Of a DNA stretch of 64,000 bases, positions 50,375-64,000 are shown piece by piece. Both the position numbers and the translations under genes were made by a program. A model generated the notes under the pieces. It ran no database searches and was not told where the DNA came from. It saw only the letters and a program-made list of their open reading frames with translations. The stretch covers positions 868,001-932,000 of the forward strand of contig CM039000.1 in assembly GCA_017499595.2 (NCBI GenBank). Direction: 5' to 3'. Each line of letters opens with the position of its first letter. The stretch's first letter is position 1. The stretch comes from Psilocybe cubensis (Eukaryota).

Positions 50375-53347
50375 CTAGATTGTGCCAGTCAACCGTATGT
50401 CCAAAATAGATGCCCCAACGAAGACTGTGAAGGTTCCAGATGGACGAACATAACTTTGGCTTGGAGTATCCCAAACACTGATCATTGACAATTTAAGTAA
50501 GAAATCAAAGCAAAATAATGTCTTTACCCACCTTAGATCTCTGGTAGTCAAAGAGATAGTCACAGTCTTGGTTTGCCCAGTTGCTAAATCAACTTCTTCA
50601 AATCCTCTCAAAACCTTGGGAGGCTCGCCCGCAGAAGGAGGATATCCAAGGTACAGCTGAGGTTTTTCGGTGCCTGCAACTGAGCCTGTGTTGGTCACGG
50701 AAAAGGACACGGTGTAGCCAGAGGAGGTCGAGCTGATGGAGAGGCTAGAGTAGCCGAATGTAGTGTACGAGAGCCCGAATCCAAATTCGTAGCGCGGGGT
50801 GATGTTGTTGGCCTCCATGTAGCGATAATCCAGGAGAAGCTTTTCTGTGTAGTCGATCTGAGTATTATGTGTCAGAACAAAACGGGATATAAATCAATCA
50901 AAAACGCACCTCTGGGAAACCAAGGCTGTTATACACGATTGTGGTGCCATATGCACTTTCAGTCTATGAATGGAGGAATTAGTTGTTTAGTTGTGTATCT
51001 TACAGTGAGAATGGCGTACATCAGCAATAGAGAAAGGAAGCCTTCCGCTTGGATTATACGCGCCATAAAGGACGTCGACAAGTCCGGGTCCAGTCTGCTC
51101 GCCCGGTGCGCCAGCATAGATAATAGCAGTGATATTAGGGTGGTTGCTCCACGAGAAGTACACGGGCCCGACCGAGTGCACAACGACAATAGTATTGTTA
51201 CACACGGCTGCGACGCTCTCGACGAGGCTTCCACCCTTCCACCAGAGGTTCAGGTCATTTCTATCGCCTTGATTACCGACGACAAATGTGTAGAAGCCTA
51301 ATTCACCGCTCATGCTAGAAAGTTTATCAATTAGCAAACAGAAACATGTAGACGATAATGTGACATACGCATTAACAAAAACGTAAGCTACATCTTTGCC
51401 TCTTGCAGCGTTGACTGCCGAATTGATGTCATTGGACAAGGAAGTGGAGATGGTCGCCGAGTCACCGATGAAAGATGTCAAGGCGTCTACAGGAGGCACA
51501 ATGAATTCTAGAGAGTTCGACCCAGATCCCCATCTGAACAAAAGAAAATTAGATTGACTACCCTCCGCGATATACCACAGCAAACTCACCCAACAGACAT
51601 GGTCCCGTCATTACATTCATTCAAATCACCGCAGTTCAAGTTGGGCAGCTTAGCATCCTGTCCAACGATGGCCACGGTCTTCGCAACGCCCTTCACAGCA
51701 GGAAGTCCTCTGATGACGGTTCCTTGTGCGTTTGTTGTCTTGTTGTTTTTCAAAAGGACGGCCGAGGCGGAGACGATCTCCCTGACGAGGGCGGTGTGTG
51801 CAGCGGATCGTACATTTACTCGAAGGTTGCGGTCGCCGGAGCCATCGGGTTTCTGGGCATCAAAATTAGTTGGAGGATATCCCTACGAGCTATGTTAAGC
51901 GATCCAGGTTACTAGCTCAAATAAAAGAAAAATACCGAATCCTGTCCAAGGTGATACCATGGAGCCAAGATACGCGCAACCATCTGGTTCAATCGGTCTG
52001 TGGAAACGGCACCCTTGTTGACGGCATTCTTCAGCCCTCCTTTATAGATACCTCCACCTGAGAGGCGTCAGATAGAAACTAAGACGATTAACACATCTGA
52101 GAGACTGACCAACGAGAATGTAGTCTCCGGGTTGTTCCATGTCAAGTCCAGCATTGGCATTGTCTGCTGCAGAATCATGCGTTGCACCCCAATCGCTCAC
52201 AACAAAGCCTGAGAGACACGGTTAATGATGAACGAATTATTGGTATACGAAAGAATTACCTTTGAAGCCAGCCTTCTGTAATATACCATCAGGTCCAATG
52301 AGACCAGCATTGTGGCACGAAGAAGTTCCGTTGAACCTATTATATCCACACATGACGGATGTAACGTCGGCCTGACAAGATTTGGTGAAGTTGATATATG
52401 CGCTATAATTGTTCAATACAAATTTTAAATACCTCAATTGTGCGCAAGAACGGATAGAAGTAGATTTCATGCATCGTGCGGTCGTCCAGGTTGGCTGTAA
52501 GCCCATAGCGCCAGTGCTCCTGGTTGTTGGCAAGGAGGTGCTTGGAACAGGTCTGAACACCAACACTTTGTACACCGACAACAGTCTCGTATCCCCCTTC
52601 GCCGTTAAGATATGGATCGGGGCCAAAGCTGCGACATAGGGGTCAGTCGGAACAAGTAAGGTATCGTTTGTAGGATTACCTCTCCCATGCTCGACCTGCT
52701 TTGGGATTGCGCATCTACAATGTCCTTTACAGTAAGCTTCCAATAATATGGTATAAAACACAGAAACACACGATATCCAATCCAGGACCCAGGAACACGC
52801 TGGTTAGAGTTAATTTTTAAGAGGTTCTCTAATTGATTCAAAACGTATAAGACTCACTGTACACCTTTTCCTCGGAATTCTTCTCCAATAGCTACGCCTC
52901 GGGCACGCATCAACCTTCGACTGAACGTCGATGCAACATTGATTCCGGTGGGGAACCCCGTAACATTCTTGGACAGACGAATGCCTGCTGGGCCATCCTG
53001 GAAGCAAATTGAAGGTATTCCGAGACGTGGAACTGCAATAGTGTCACCGACGCAGCGTCCTTGGATCAAAGGTAAGCTACACCGGAGATTAATACGTGAC
53101 GAGCTGGTACTCACGCGCGGGATTTAGTTGCCCTGTGCCAGCAACAATACCCATCTTCTCGTCGAGCGTCATCTGCGCGGCCGCCGCATTGGCAAGAGCG
53201 TAGGATTCATCCCATGTCCCTGAGACAAGAAATTTGTCAGCATTCCAAACAATCATGGCCTCTAGGAAATAATGACGACTTACGGGTGACGAAGCAATTG
53301 CCCGAAGACACCAACAAAGCTACGAACACAAAACTTGTGAGCAACAT
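50375..53347 (-). CDS. Secreted GH3 beta-glucosidase with C-terminal FnIII-like domain
   Basis: Signal peptide MLLTSFVFVALLVSSGNC, QMTLDEK, PRLGIPSICFQDGPAGIR, FGPDPYL, SVMCGYNRFNG, VSDWGATH, GEQTG..DVLYG..NPSGRLPF, PRYEFGFGLSYTTF and LRGFEEV. Confidence 0.95.
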
Positions 53348-54379
53348 AAGGGGCCAGACGTTCTCCTGGACATCCTAACCACTGGCGCCTTCTTTATAGC
53401 GACAAGCCACTGGTACCGCGACAGAATCCTCATAAGTCCCGTTCTTCGCCTGATCGATTTGGGAAGATTCTTTGCTTGTAGCGCATGGCCGTCAATCAAG
53501 AGCCAAAGGAGACATGGGCCAAATTAGACACAGGTGATCTTGCAGCTTCTTCTCGTCCGAAAGGAATTGGCGTAAACATCGCAACATAAACATCATTTCT
53601 TGACCTCCAAGTTCATTTGGTTGCTTTATTTGCTCCATCTGAAAGAAGCGCTGCAATCAATTGCACGGATGTGGGGAACGGGACAAGCCATGCATGATGC
53701 AACGGCTTTGCTTTTCCATTGCAGGTAATTGGGCCTCAACAAAATTTCCCCAGGTATCGACAGACGTCCGATGGTCGTTCCCCCCTTAAACACTTATCGG
53801 ACAGATGAACCTCGCGTCTAACTTGCGTCATTGTTTAGATAGAAAGAACGAGAGGTTAGATTTGTACATTCTCATGGACTCTTTGCCCTTGAAGACTTTT
53901 AGAGTGGGAAATGTGGAGAAACTGTCAATCGCGGGTCACGGAGAGCGATGAAAATCAAATGCACACGACACACCTAAGGAACCCGGATCCAATGTATACA
54001 GAGCTCTGTTTGCATGACTGAGAACGGTGACAGTAAACAACAAACCACGTTGTGTGAAAACCTGTGAAAACCCGAGGATTCAACGCAAATAATAAAACGA
54101 TGTTATCGTTCGTACTAACTTGAGAAATAATTGCACATAAGTACCATTAAGTCTCGGATAATTTCGATAACAGAGCCGTCTCGATTTCTCCACCGTTTTT
54201 GGCCGTTCAACCCTTGGTTGAAACAACTTATTTGCAACGCCCGCTCTGTGACGGATATTTTCCTAAAGTGTCAGAATGAAACGTGGGTGTGGCGGTTACA
54301 ACGGTTAACTCTACTCGTCCATCAGGCCAAGATCAGGCTTAAAATCCAGAAAGTTTCAAAATACTTCTGTGGTACAGCA

Positions 54380-55181
54380 ATGGGTCCCACAATATTCGAT
54401 AGATTTCGAGCCAATGCTCTGCCAGTGCTCACCAAAACGGCGCACCTCTCAGCGCCTTTCATAACGACATTCTTGTTGATTCACCTATCAGCACCTGCTC
54501 TTGCAAATATTGGTGGATCTAGCCTTGCTTCTCAAACCATGGCGAGTCACTGAATACTTTTGTTTTCATCTATTAATCAACTCTATGCGACGAATTTAGC
54601 TTCTAGGCAGGGAATACTACCAAACATCTTTTGAACCTCTACTCGTACTTGGCCCAATAACAATACATGCTGTCTCCGGAGTACTCAAACGTATACTCTC
54701 TCCTCCAGGTCGACCACCCCGCAAATTAAGCAACCTTCTCAGTTTGACAGGATACGGTACTATGCTGCTATTCCTCCCCATCCACTTTCTTACACATCGC
54801 GGATACCCCATGCTCGAAACCGCACCCATATACGGCGTCGGGCCTGCAGAACTGGACTATGAATTCGTCAAAACAGGACTGAAGACGTGGCCAATACGGA
54901 GTACTATTCTATACGGAGGTCTGATCCTTTCGACGACCCTCCATCTTGTCGATGGGATGACTCTCATATGGAATTCATGGCTCAAGGATTCACTTTCGAG
55001 CAAAATGGCCAGCTGGAAGCGCGAAGCTCGACCTAAGAGGATACTTATGGCGTTGGGATGCCTGGCGCTGCCCGTGATGACGGGTTTGTACACCTTGTTC
55101 AAGGAGCCCATGATGACTTTTACAAGCATGGCCAAGAGATATGAAGCCGTGTATCTGACGTCGTTAATATACAGACTATAA
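54380..55181 (+). CDS. Mitochondrial outer-membrane MCP1-like (DUF1691-type) protein
   Basis: HLSAPFITTFLLIHLSAP..SQTM, then a GC-AG intron at 54542-54599, then LLGREYYQT..HAVSG..PIHFLTHR..LDYEFVK. Confidence 0.7.
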
Positions 55182-55205
55182 AAATACTCGAATAAAACAT
55201 TATAT

Positions 55206-58200
55206 CTAATGGCGAGACCCTCTCGAACGCATGCTCATTGTCCTCATAGTCGGGACTGCAGCAACAATTTTAGTACAATAAAACAAAGAAAAAAAATCCA
55301 ACTTACACATCATCAACCCCTTGATATCCTTCACCTTCATATGCTCGACCGATTTCCTCAAGAGAACCACCCTCAAAGAAGCCCACGCAAGTAAAAGCAC
55401 GCCAAACGCAACAGGGATTAACCAATACAGCGGCGAAAGATGGAATGATCCTCCGAACACGACGTGCAACGGTGGCGTGTAGACGATGAACATGCCCAAA
55501 CACGCTCCAGCCAGTATTCCCGCAAAGTTCCATTTGTTCGCTACGACGCGCTTGCCAAACGGATAGGAGAGGCGCGCTTTCACTGCGAAGACCTGTATGG
55601 ACAGGGGATATTAGATAGATATATGATTACGTGGCAAGAACGCACGTTGAAGCACTGAGTAATGAATATGGAGAGATAGACTATCGACTGGGCCTGGGCA
55701 AGTGCATCGACTTGTTGATGTGCTGGGATCGATTGCCCGCGGTAGTTTATAAAGTCAGGACTGCTGTTGGTAAAGTAGCCTTCGATGACAATTAGCCGAT
55801 GAATTTACAAATGACAAGATAAAGACTGTACCGCCGATTTTTTGAGCCGATCTCAGATCCGAAGGGGAGAATCCTTTCTTGAAGAATACGAGGAAATACG
55901 CGACCAAGCTAGCATATTGACGAATTTTTAGTGAGACATCGTCATAGCCCCGATAAAATACATACCAAGCAAGAGTCTCAAGCATCCCAGCCTCCAGATA
56001 AGCATAACTGAGCAGCTTGGAATCCACAAGGGTCTCGTTATCATTTGACTCCAACAACTCTTCCCAAGTAGACCGTTTGAAAGGTGTTTTCAGTTTCGAC
56101 AGCCATGCCGATAGTCTGCTTGGACGAATGACTTCCAGCGTTTCGGCGTCTCTGCGCAGCGTCTTCGAGCGCACTAATGCACGTCTTTTGAGAGCCAGGA
56201 TGGAACGTTCATTGACTAGAGTGTCACGTCAGAGGCCGATTGACAACAATAATCGTCGACAAAGATGTTTACCCGGTTTACGAGGCTTCAAACGCATCAG
56301 TCCATCGGCGGTCTCTGGTTGATCCCATGCGAACGACAACTGAAATTTCATTGAGAAAATGGACTATGGAATGTTGTTGGCTCGACTCACAGCGACACAA
56401 AGCTCGAAACCAAGATCTGCGTTCATCATAAAAGAGTCAGTTTCATCATCATTGACGAGCTTGAGAGAAGAAAATGGGTTACCTATCACCAGAATGAGAA
56501 TGGCTGAAAGTGGTAAGGGTATGGGAACAACAACATCTACGCGGCCTGTTGAGCGAAATAATTCGGATAGAATATGTTGAGAACCTACAAAGCAGCTGAG
56601 GAATGACCTCTGGAGTGCTATGGGATATGGTGTATTGTATTGACCGCTTGAGGTTAACAAATATCTGGCGACCTTCAGCGACGCCCTCTATAGTAATAGA
56701 AATTATCCATCAATTTGCGTGTCTCATTTCAAAGAAAGAGCAGATACTCACTAACAGTTGAAGCAAAATTGTCATCTGCGGACAATCAATTAAAAAAAAA
56801 ATATAAAATTTATATGAAGAATTGTATATACCAAGTAAAATCATGTTGGCCGCCTCTTTGGAGACATCTGAGCCTGAGATATTCATAGCAATGCCAAGGT
56901 CGGCCTAGCAAGCCACCGTCAGCAAGGTAATGTTTACAGGACAACGATGTGCGTACCTTTTTTAGAGCGGGCGAGTCGTTGACGCCATCGCCAGTCCTAC
57001 AATTTGAACATATTGATTACCCTGCCTTGTACCTAAACCTCCAAGGTAACTCACACTCCGACTATATGCCCAAGTGCCTGTGCACGTTTAACTTCGAAAA
57101 ATGTCAGTGCACCCACAGAGAAAATACCAGAAAAAAAAAGTACCTACCAATCTCAAGTTTGTGTTTAGGTGATGTCCGAGCAAACACGATCTCTTCCTTG
57201 CTAAAAACTGTTCACATATGCGCCCCTGTCAGAAGGTGTTCTAGTGGTCGATCCTGAAGACATACTTTGATCCCATTGCCAACCCTGCAATCCATCGATA
57301 TCATCCCCATGAACCACAACCGCAGTTACTTCATCTTCATACACCTCTTCCATCGGCCTTCCTGTCTTCCTAGCCAGTGTCTCGCGTGTATCTCCTAGGA
57401 TCAGATTGATCTTCCGTGCGATTGCTTCTGCTGTCTTTGGGTGGTCGCCTGGAAGCAGCACGTCGTTCAGCTGAGAAAACTTCCACCGAAGTAATGTATC
57501 TTACCAGTGACCATCATGACCTTAATGCCCGCTAGACGTAGAGTTCCAATGGCTTCGCGGACACCGTGTTTAGGGGGATCCTCGAGCGAAACCAGGCCCA
57601 CAAAGCAATATTCCGCACTGGGATAATGCTCGTCGTTTCTGGAGAACGGATAACTAACAGGGAATTCATCGCCAGGAAGGAGTTTCTGAGCGCAGGCAAT
57701 GACACGGTGCCCTCTTGAGGCCATGTACTTTATAAAAGTTTCAGACCAGAGAAAAGAGGGGCATGATGCCACTCACATCGTATGCCTCGTCATATTCTTT
57801 TTTAAATTCCTCTGTGATAGGTATCATTTTGCCGTTATCAAGGTAGGTGGTGCATTTGGCAAGGACACGTTCAGGGGCTCCTTTGATGAAGGCGGTTAGA
57901 ACACCATCGGAGTGAGGCTTATTCAACTGAAATGCGTTTCTAATGTCAACAACGACGTCCATTACAGAGGCAAAAAAGCACTGACTATAACAAGTGCCCA
58001 TTTATTAGTCGAGTTGAATGGAACTATGAGTGTAAATCAACAATCTGTTCGGTTCCTCATGCCACAAGCAACGTACCTTCGAAAACTTTTGGATGCGCTT
58101 TGATGTAGCTATCATAATCGGTGTTCAAGTGTCTGCCAGCGAATCGAGTCAGACCGGTTTCTGTTGCATCTCCCAGAATCGTCCTCTGATCGAAAGGGAT

Positions 58201-60228
58201 GTCTATTTTGTCGAACTTTATGCGCGAATTGAGTGCAGCGATGTCGACCATCTCTTTCATACCAGACGATTCGATGGAGAATTTCGCAGTGGTTTCGTCA
58301 TCGTTGTTGGATTGGAAAGCGGAGGACATCTTTCGTCCACTCCATAGATTGGTTACCTGAATGAAAACATTTAAAAGATGTACGGTTCAAAAGCGATTTT
58401 GTGCATACCGTCATTTGATTACGTGTTAAAGTACCAGTTTTGTCTGTTGCCAGAAGCGTCAACTAAACGAAATACAGCAGTTAGTACCGGGTATTAAAGC
58501 GTATAAGGATCCAGTTACCGAGCCTACAAAGAGACATTAGATCATTGAGGTAAGAATAAAAGTGGTGGAAATTTACCCAATGTTTCAACACCCTGCAAAT
58601 CCTTGACAAGAACGTTTTGCTTGGCCATTCGTTTGGCGGCGATCGATAACAACAGAGTGACGACAGATGGAAGACCTTCTGGCACAAATGCCACCAAAAT
58701 TGAAACTGCAAACGTCACGGTTTGAGAGGCGTGTCCACGGTACACAGTGGTGATTCCAACAGCGAAAAAGATGATGGCGAAGAGAATGGCTATACATGAG
58801 ACAATCACGACAAAGCGGGCGCTGCATTGATGTTAGGACAGAATGCTCAGTAAAGCTTTGCGAAACTCACATCTCAACTGCTAGAGGACTTTCGTTACCG
58901 CTTTCTCCTCCAGTAAGACTTGCAATTTGACCTATGAGCACGATGAGTGTGGTTGAATGTTGATATTGGAAGATATGTACCAATAAAGGTATGGTCGCCA
59001 GTCCTGACCACGGCTGTGCAAAGTATTAGCCTGATAAAATCACAACAGTGCGCGGAATATCGACATACTTCCCCAGCCTTCGCCATTCACAATCAAAGTC
59101 GAATTGAATACCTGCATTTCATCGTCCAATGAGTTGACATGTCATAGTGTAGTCCTTAGTAAAATCACCCTACCAAGTTGTCAGCTTCAACAGCTCGCTT
59201 TTTGCTCCCGTGGGGAAGTGCAAATCGTTCTTGCGGCTCAGACTCTCCCGTCAGACTACTATTGTCGACTTTAAGATCTGTTCCTGAGAATAGCACAAGA
59301 TCCGCCGGCGTTTTGTCACCACTTCGCTGTTCATCTGATCAGCCCTCGCGATCGCGTTTCCAAGAAAAGAAAGTCGCATACCAAAAGCACTATGTCGCCT
59401 TTCACGAGGTCGGCAGCGGCGATAGTGGATATTGTTCCGTCGCGGACAACACGACAAGAAGGCGGGATCATGGCGAGGAAAGATGCCAAAATAGCCTCAG
59501 ATTTCTGAATCTGGTAAAAGTCGATGGCAGCATTAAGGAACGCTACCAAAATTAGGATGCCGCCCAAGTACGTATTTTGAATGTTAGCCTGCGTTGCAAA
59601 TTTATCAGAAAGTCAGATAGTTAAGTTTCGAGTTAGAATGAGGGATGACTCACATGGAAGCCAAAACCCAAAAGACCGTATTCTAGTAAACCAGCTATTA
59701 TTAGTAGAATGTTGAACATTGTGAATAGACGTTCTAGGAACTATACATCTTTCAATGGGATGTTGAAATGTCGTTAAGGAGAAAACAAACCTTTCTGAAA
59801 GCGCTCTTTTTCTTAGGAGGCGTCAGGATATTGGGGCCGTCGCGTTTGAGCCTTTCTTTAGCCTCGTCCGACGTGAGACCAAAAGATTGACCTGGGTCCT
59901 TGGTATCGAAATTTGTCTTCAACGCTTCGCTCAAGGCGTCAAAGTCGTACTGGTGCTCATTGATGTCGACATGAGCCTCCTCAGATTTCTTTTCTTGCGG
60001 GCGTAAATGGTCGTAACCTGCAGCTGCCAAATCTTTCTCCTCTTGCGTCATCGTTCGCTTCATCTCGACACCTTTCGGGCGTACGCCAGGAGTTATTTTT
60101 TCCTCTCGAATGTGATCATCCTCTGGGAATGCCACAGCACGAACGCCGGCCTGGTCACCGTCGAGACGAGCCATGACAGGAGGGGCAGAAGAGGGAATAT
60201 TGCTGGCAGAGGGATTTTCGCCGTCCAT
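55206..60228 (-). CDS. P-type cation ATPase, Na+/K+-ATPase alpha-like (type IIC-like)
   Basis: [77 protein letters not shown] and [16 protein letters not shown]; many introns. Confidence 0.93.
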
Positions 60229-63200
60229 CTTGTTTGTGGGGAAAGACAGAGAACCCACACAGCGGTTTGGGGGGCTTAATATAATTTATAGCCTGAGGAA
60301 ATCGTCCAATATGTTATCTCCAAGAACTCTAGGCCTTGGGGACGTATGGTCCGGCAACCCGACGCACGAATTTGCTATAACCTATCTGATTGGCCACACG
60401 CAATCTGACAAGTGGCAATGGCGACTACGTAGAACTCATGCGATGAGCGAACGGCCAAAAACCCTCAATGAGCACATTTGAATGTTCTATTTTTGGCTTC
60501 TCCATAGGGACCGGGGCTCGTCGAACTGGACCTTGGTTCGATAACGTTGAGAATAGGTAGCGGAGAGTTGATTTGAATACACAGATATCTGTTGTAAACA
60601 ACAAGATTTTTCTGGAATGAACGAAGTCGCCGGTTTTCTATGTATTGAAGCCCAGACACAACGCGGTTGGATGTTTGCGGCCCCCGTAACGAAGCCACAG
60701 GTGTGCAGCGAATAGCGAAGACAGAATCATTACAATATGACAGCAAATGAATTGTTATCAGTGCAATTGACTTTGTCGTGGACAATTCCTGAGGTGGCCA
60801 AATGTTGAACTTGGTCCAATATAGTCGCCACCAGTCGCCGCTCACTACGGTGGAAATTGTAAGGATGGAAATCTTGCAGCGTGTTTGATGTGCCCGTCGG
60901 ATTTTTTTCAACGCCGTTTTTTCTGAATGTTGAGAGGCCTTGAAATAATCTAGGAAGTTTGATGATTCACGAGAGAAAGCCACTTAATTCTGTCTGCCAT
61001 GGAACAAGCCGACGGTTATCGGGTCTGTCACGAGGTGTGCCGTTCACACGAGATTGATGGCATGAAAAAATATAGATAGGGGGCACAGTGAGAACCGCAA
61101 TTTTAAGCTATCGGATTTGTTATGAGCACACCGTAAAAGTCCTTGTATCTTGTGCCATTGCTGAACGAGTTTTTAGAAACCTCTGAGAAATAGGGATCTA
61201 GGCAATTCTTAAATGGCTTTAGGCAAGACAATGAATGCAAGATTGAGAAGGCTTACTGGTATGTTATGTGCCCCTTCCTGTTCAGAGTGGTGGAGCAAGG
61301 TCGCATGACAAAATATATGAAGCGCCTAGGCCACCCAGCGCTTCCGACGTAAATTTAACCTATCACATTGACAGTGTCTAGAGGGACCTAAGAACCGAAA
61401 CCAATGGCATAGCCGCACAAGATTCGTTCTCCGTATCGCGACCTATTCGAGGGTACATTAGTTGAAGGATGGGAAGAAAGCTGCAAAAAACCAGTATGGG
61501 ACATACTCCAAATGTAACGACCGCGGCGAAAGGCAGAGAAGTGGTGTGTAGTTGATACCCGACGCATCTGGAGTGGCCTGGAGTACGTCAAGGCGGTCTG
61601 CCATCGGGACCAACGCTTCACTATGATGTGTGCAGGTAACAAGGGCAATATTTCGTTCGTCGAGGAGTCTGTAAAGTTTGACTTCCTTTACGACATTGAA
61701 ATTTTATGAAAAGAATGCCGCTTTGGAAGGTGAAATGAATTAACAAGTTGGATGGCGTAAGAATGTTGCAGAAATGATGTTGTTCGACGGGTCAAGCACT
61801 GGTTCCAAGGATGAGATACTTGCTCGTAGAGGGAGTGGTTTTGTTACTGAAACCTGGTCTTGAACCTGGTCTTGTGGTTGGAGCGTCCGGGCTGGCGTCT
61901 AAGATTTAGGAATATCGAGTGGAAATGGAGGATGAAGAACATATAGAAGTGCTGGAGTCTCTGAAAAGATTAATTCATAATAGAAATTAAAAGTCGAAGT
62001 GTAGGCAGAGGCACTGGCATGGCAGTCACTGACGCCAATTCGGCGTGACCATCCAATTAGTAGTAGGCCCGAGGGGTTGGACCAAACCCTACTGACACCG
62101 TCGATATGACACTACTCACACGGCGACCATCTAGCGCTAGCGCTTACCAGTCTTTTGGCGTATATGAAAAGAGCATGCTTTGCGTTTATCAGTCTCGGCG
62201 ATTCACAATTTCTGGGGTAGAATAACTGGTACTTGATCTTTAAATTACCCTCCGATTCCGGGTCCCGTTTACGGAGGTTGCTGGCAGCAAGTGGCATCGT
62301 CGCGCCGCGAGTTCCGTAACCATACGTCTAGCTCAGAAGTTTCCAGAGGTTGTCGATGGAGATATCCTGGACGATGTGTTAGAGGTGAGACCATGAGTGT
62401 ATGGTCCTCGAAGGATAGAATCTGACCGCCATTACTGTAGCTTGCTTCAACAAAAGCGACGGTCCGAGCAATTCACTCTTTTGCGTACTACTGCCTGCAA
62501 TTTCAATAGTCTGGCATTCCATTGCCACTGTGTGTCGACGGAAGACTTGATAGCTGTGCTTTCACCGAAGAAATTGTCTCATACAGCAGAGACATCGTCA
62601 ATATCGATGCCACGAAGATGTTGCAACATCCAATACAGTCGGCGCAAGACTTTGATACAAATGAAAGATATCCACATTCAAGTCGAACAGAAGAAACACA
62701 AGACATCGTACAACAAAACCAGCTATATTAGCATCCAAGCTCTGCTTTTTTTGCTCGGAAACCCATTGCACAATGCGTTCGCAACAAACTCGAGCCACAT
62801 GAAATTCTTTAGCCTCCATCTGGACCTGATCTTAGGATTCTGTGTGTTCTCCGTGTCTCTTGATGTGTGTGTCTCTCGTATTTCGACAGAGAATCTGTGG
62901 CGCAAGAAGAGAAAAAAAATCACCTCTGGCGTGCACTGGAGGCTTGCCCCTCCCGAATTTCCAAGCCGTGGCCTGCCGACATACTGCTTAGTCACCGATC
63001 GCGTCATGACGCGCCTGCAGCCTGACAGCTCTGCAAGCACAAAATTTCTGTGTTCACGATTCCAGTCGTTCCCAGATGTCCGAAAGGTTGCCAACAACCC
63101 ATCTTGGAAGGAATACAAGGCAATAAAATTGTGCATCAAACTGGTGACCCTCAGGCTGCTTGGCTTGCAAGTTTCAGTCGTTGGCAGGAAAGGTCAAGAT

Positions 63201-64000
63201 TCAACACAAGCGTTGTTTGGTGGACGTAGGATTGACGCATGGATTATCTGCCTCAAGAAATGATGATTGTACAACAAACTGTCGGTGCAAGATACACCGT
63301 AGCCTGAATCACGCATCCGTCGAGGAACTCCAGCTCGAGCAAGCAGAAAATGAAACCCCTGTAGAACCCAGCCAACTGATGGTAGAGCAAAATCTCCTCG
63401 CTGGATTTTCCAAGGCCGCTGGTGGTCCAGTACAAGCATTGCTGCTGGCGCAATAAAAACATCCGGCTTCAAGGTGGCATAGTCCTGAGGAGAATGATTT
63501 GGTAGAGAAATGGAGTGTTGTACCACGAGGATGGTTGTTACTACCATATCCGGGCACCGCTCCCGAATCTCCTGCTTGCCAAATTTACACTGGCACTGCA
63601 TGGCTGCACGCATCAGAGCTTAATTGTTTTTCTCGCCTTTTTTCACCTTATACTCCATCATTAACAGCGCCCACCATTGCTCCTTTAATCCTATTTCTTC
63701 TATCCTTCGCTCGCAACATTATTGTTGCAGTTGCTTTGTATTTTGCTGTGAAATATCGACGCGTCATCTGCCGATTTCCTATATTTCCAATCGTCCTCGT
63801 TGGCTAACACAATGCTCCTCACTCACCAAACAATTGAAGACACGTATTTGTCTTCAAAAGGTACTCCAACGCGTCATTTTTACTATTTGTCCTTACGCAC
63901 AAAGTCTACTTCTATAGACTCCCCCCAATCTTCCTCACCCATCACGAGTCAACTGGAGTTGAGAAGCTCGTTCTCGAGTGATGAGAGTAATGTACACCGT

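Noticed and set aside
60300-64000. 288-aa ORF at 62397-63263 and neighbouring ORFs
   Set aside because: No credible start, motif or consistent exon structure; possibly a degenerate relic, but not supportable without a search.

Overview
This is intron-rich fungal DNA from an agaric mushroom (Agaricales; the lectin suggests Strophariaceae or relatives, by inference), so the ORF track is mostly uninformative and I spliced the genes by hand. 1-18.6 kb is a rearranged, low-complexity block. It holds a tandem segmental duplication with two glutamate 5-kinase (PRO1) copies, a truncated PRPP synthetase whose break is patched with an inverted piece of a gene 10 kb away, and two kinds of heavily spliced, internally repetitive, ORF-poor units. 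21-60 kb is gene-dense: CE4 chitin deacetylase, DOPA-dioxygenase-like gene, a 7-exon secreted lectin precursor with three PhoSL-type core-fucose-lectin repeats (absent from the ORF track), cytochrome P450, MgtE/SLC41 transporter, NGG1/ADA3, RPA34-like, a hypothetical gene, CBM1-GH10 xylanase with a 2-nt exon, two divergent paralogues of an unrecognised family flanking an ER membrane protein, GH3 beta-glucosidase, MCP1-like and a Na/K-ATPase-like P-type pump. I could not interpret 60.3-64 kb. All family assignments come from recognised motifs; no searches were run.
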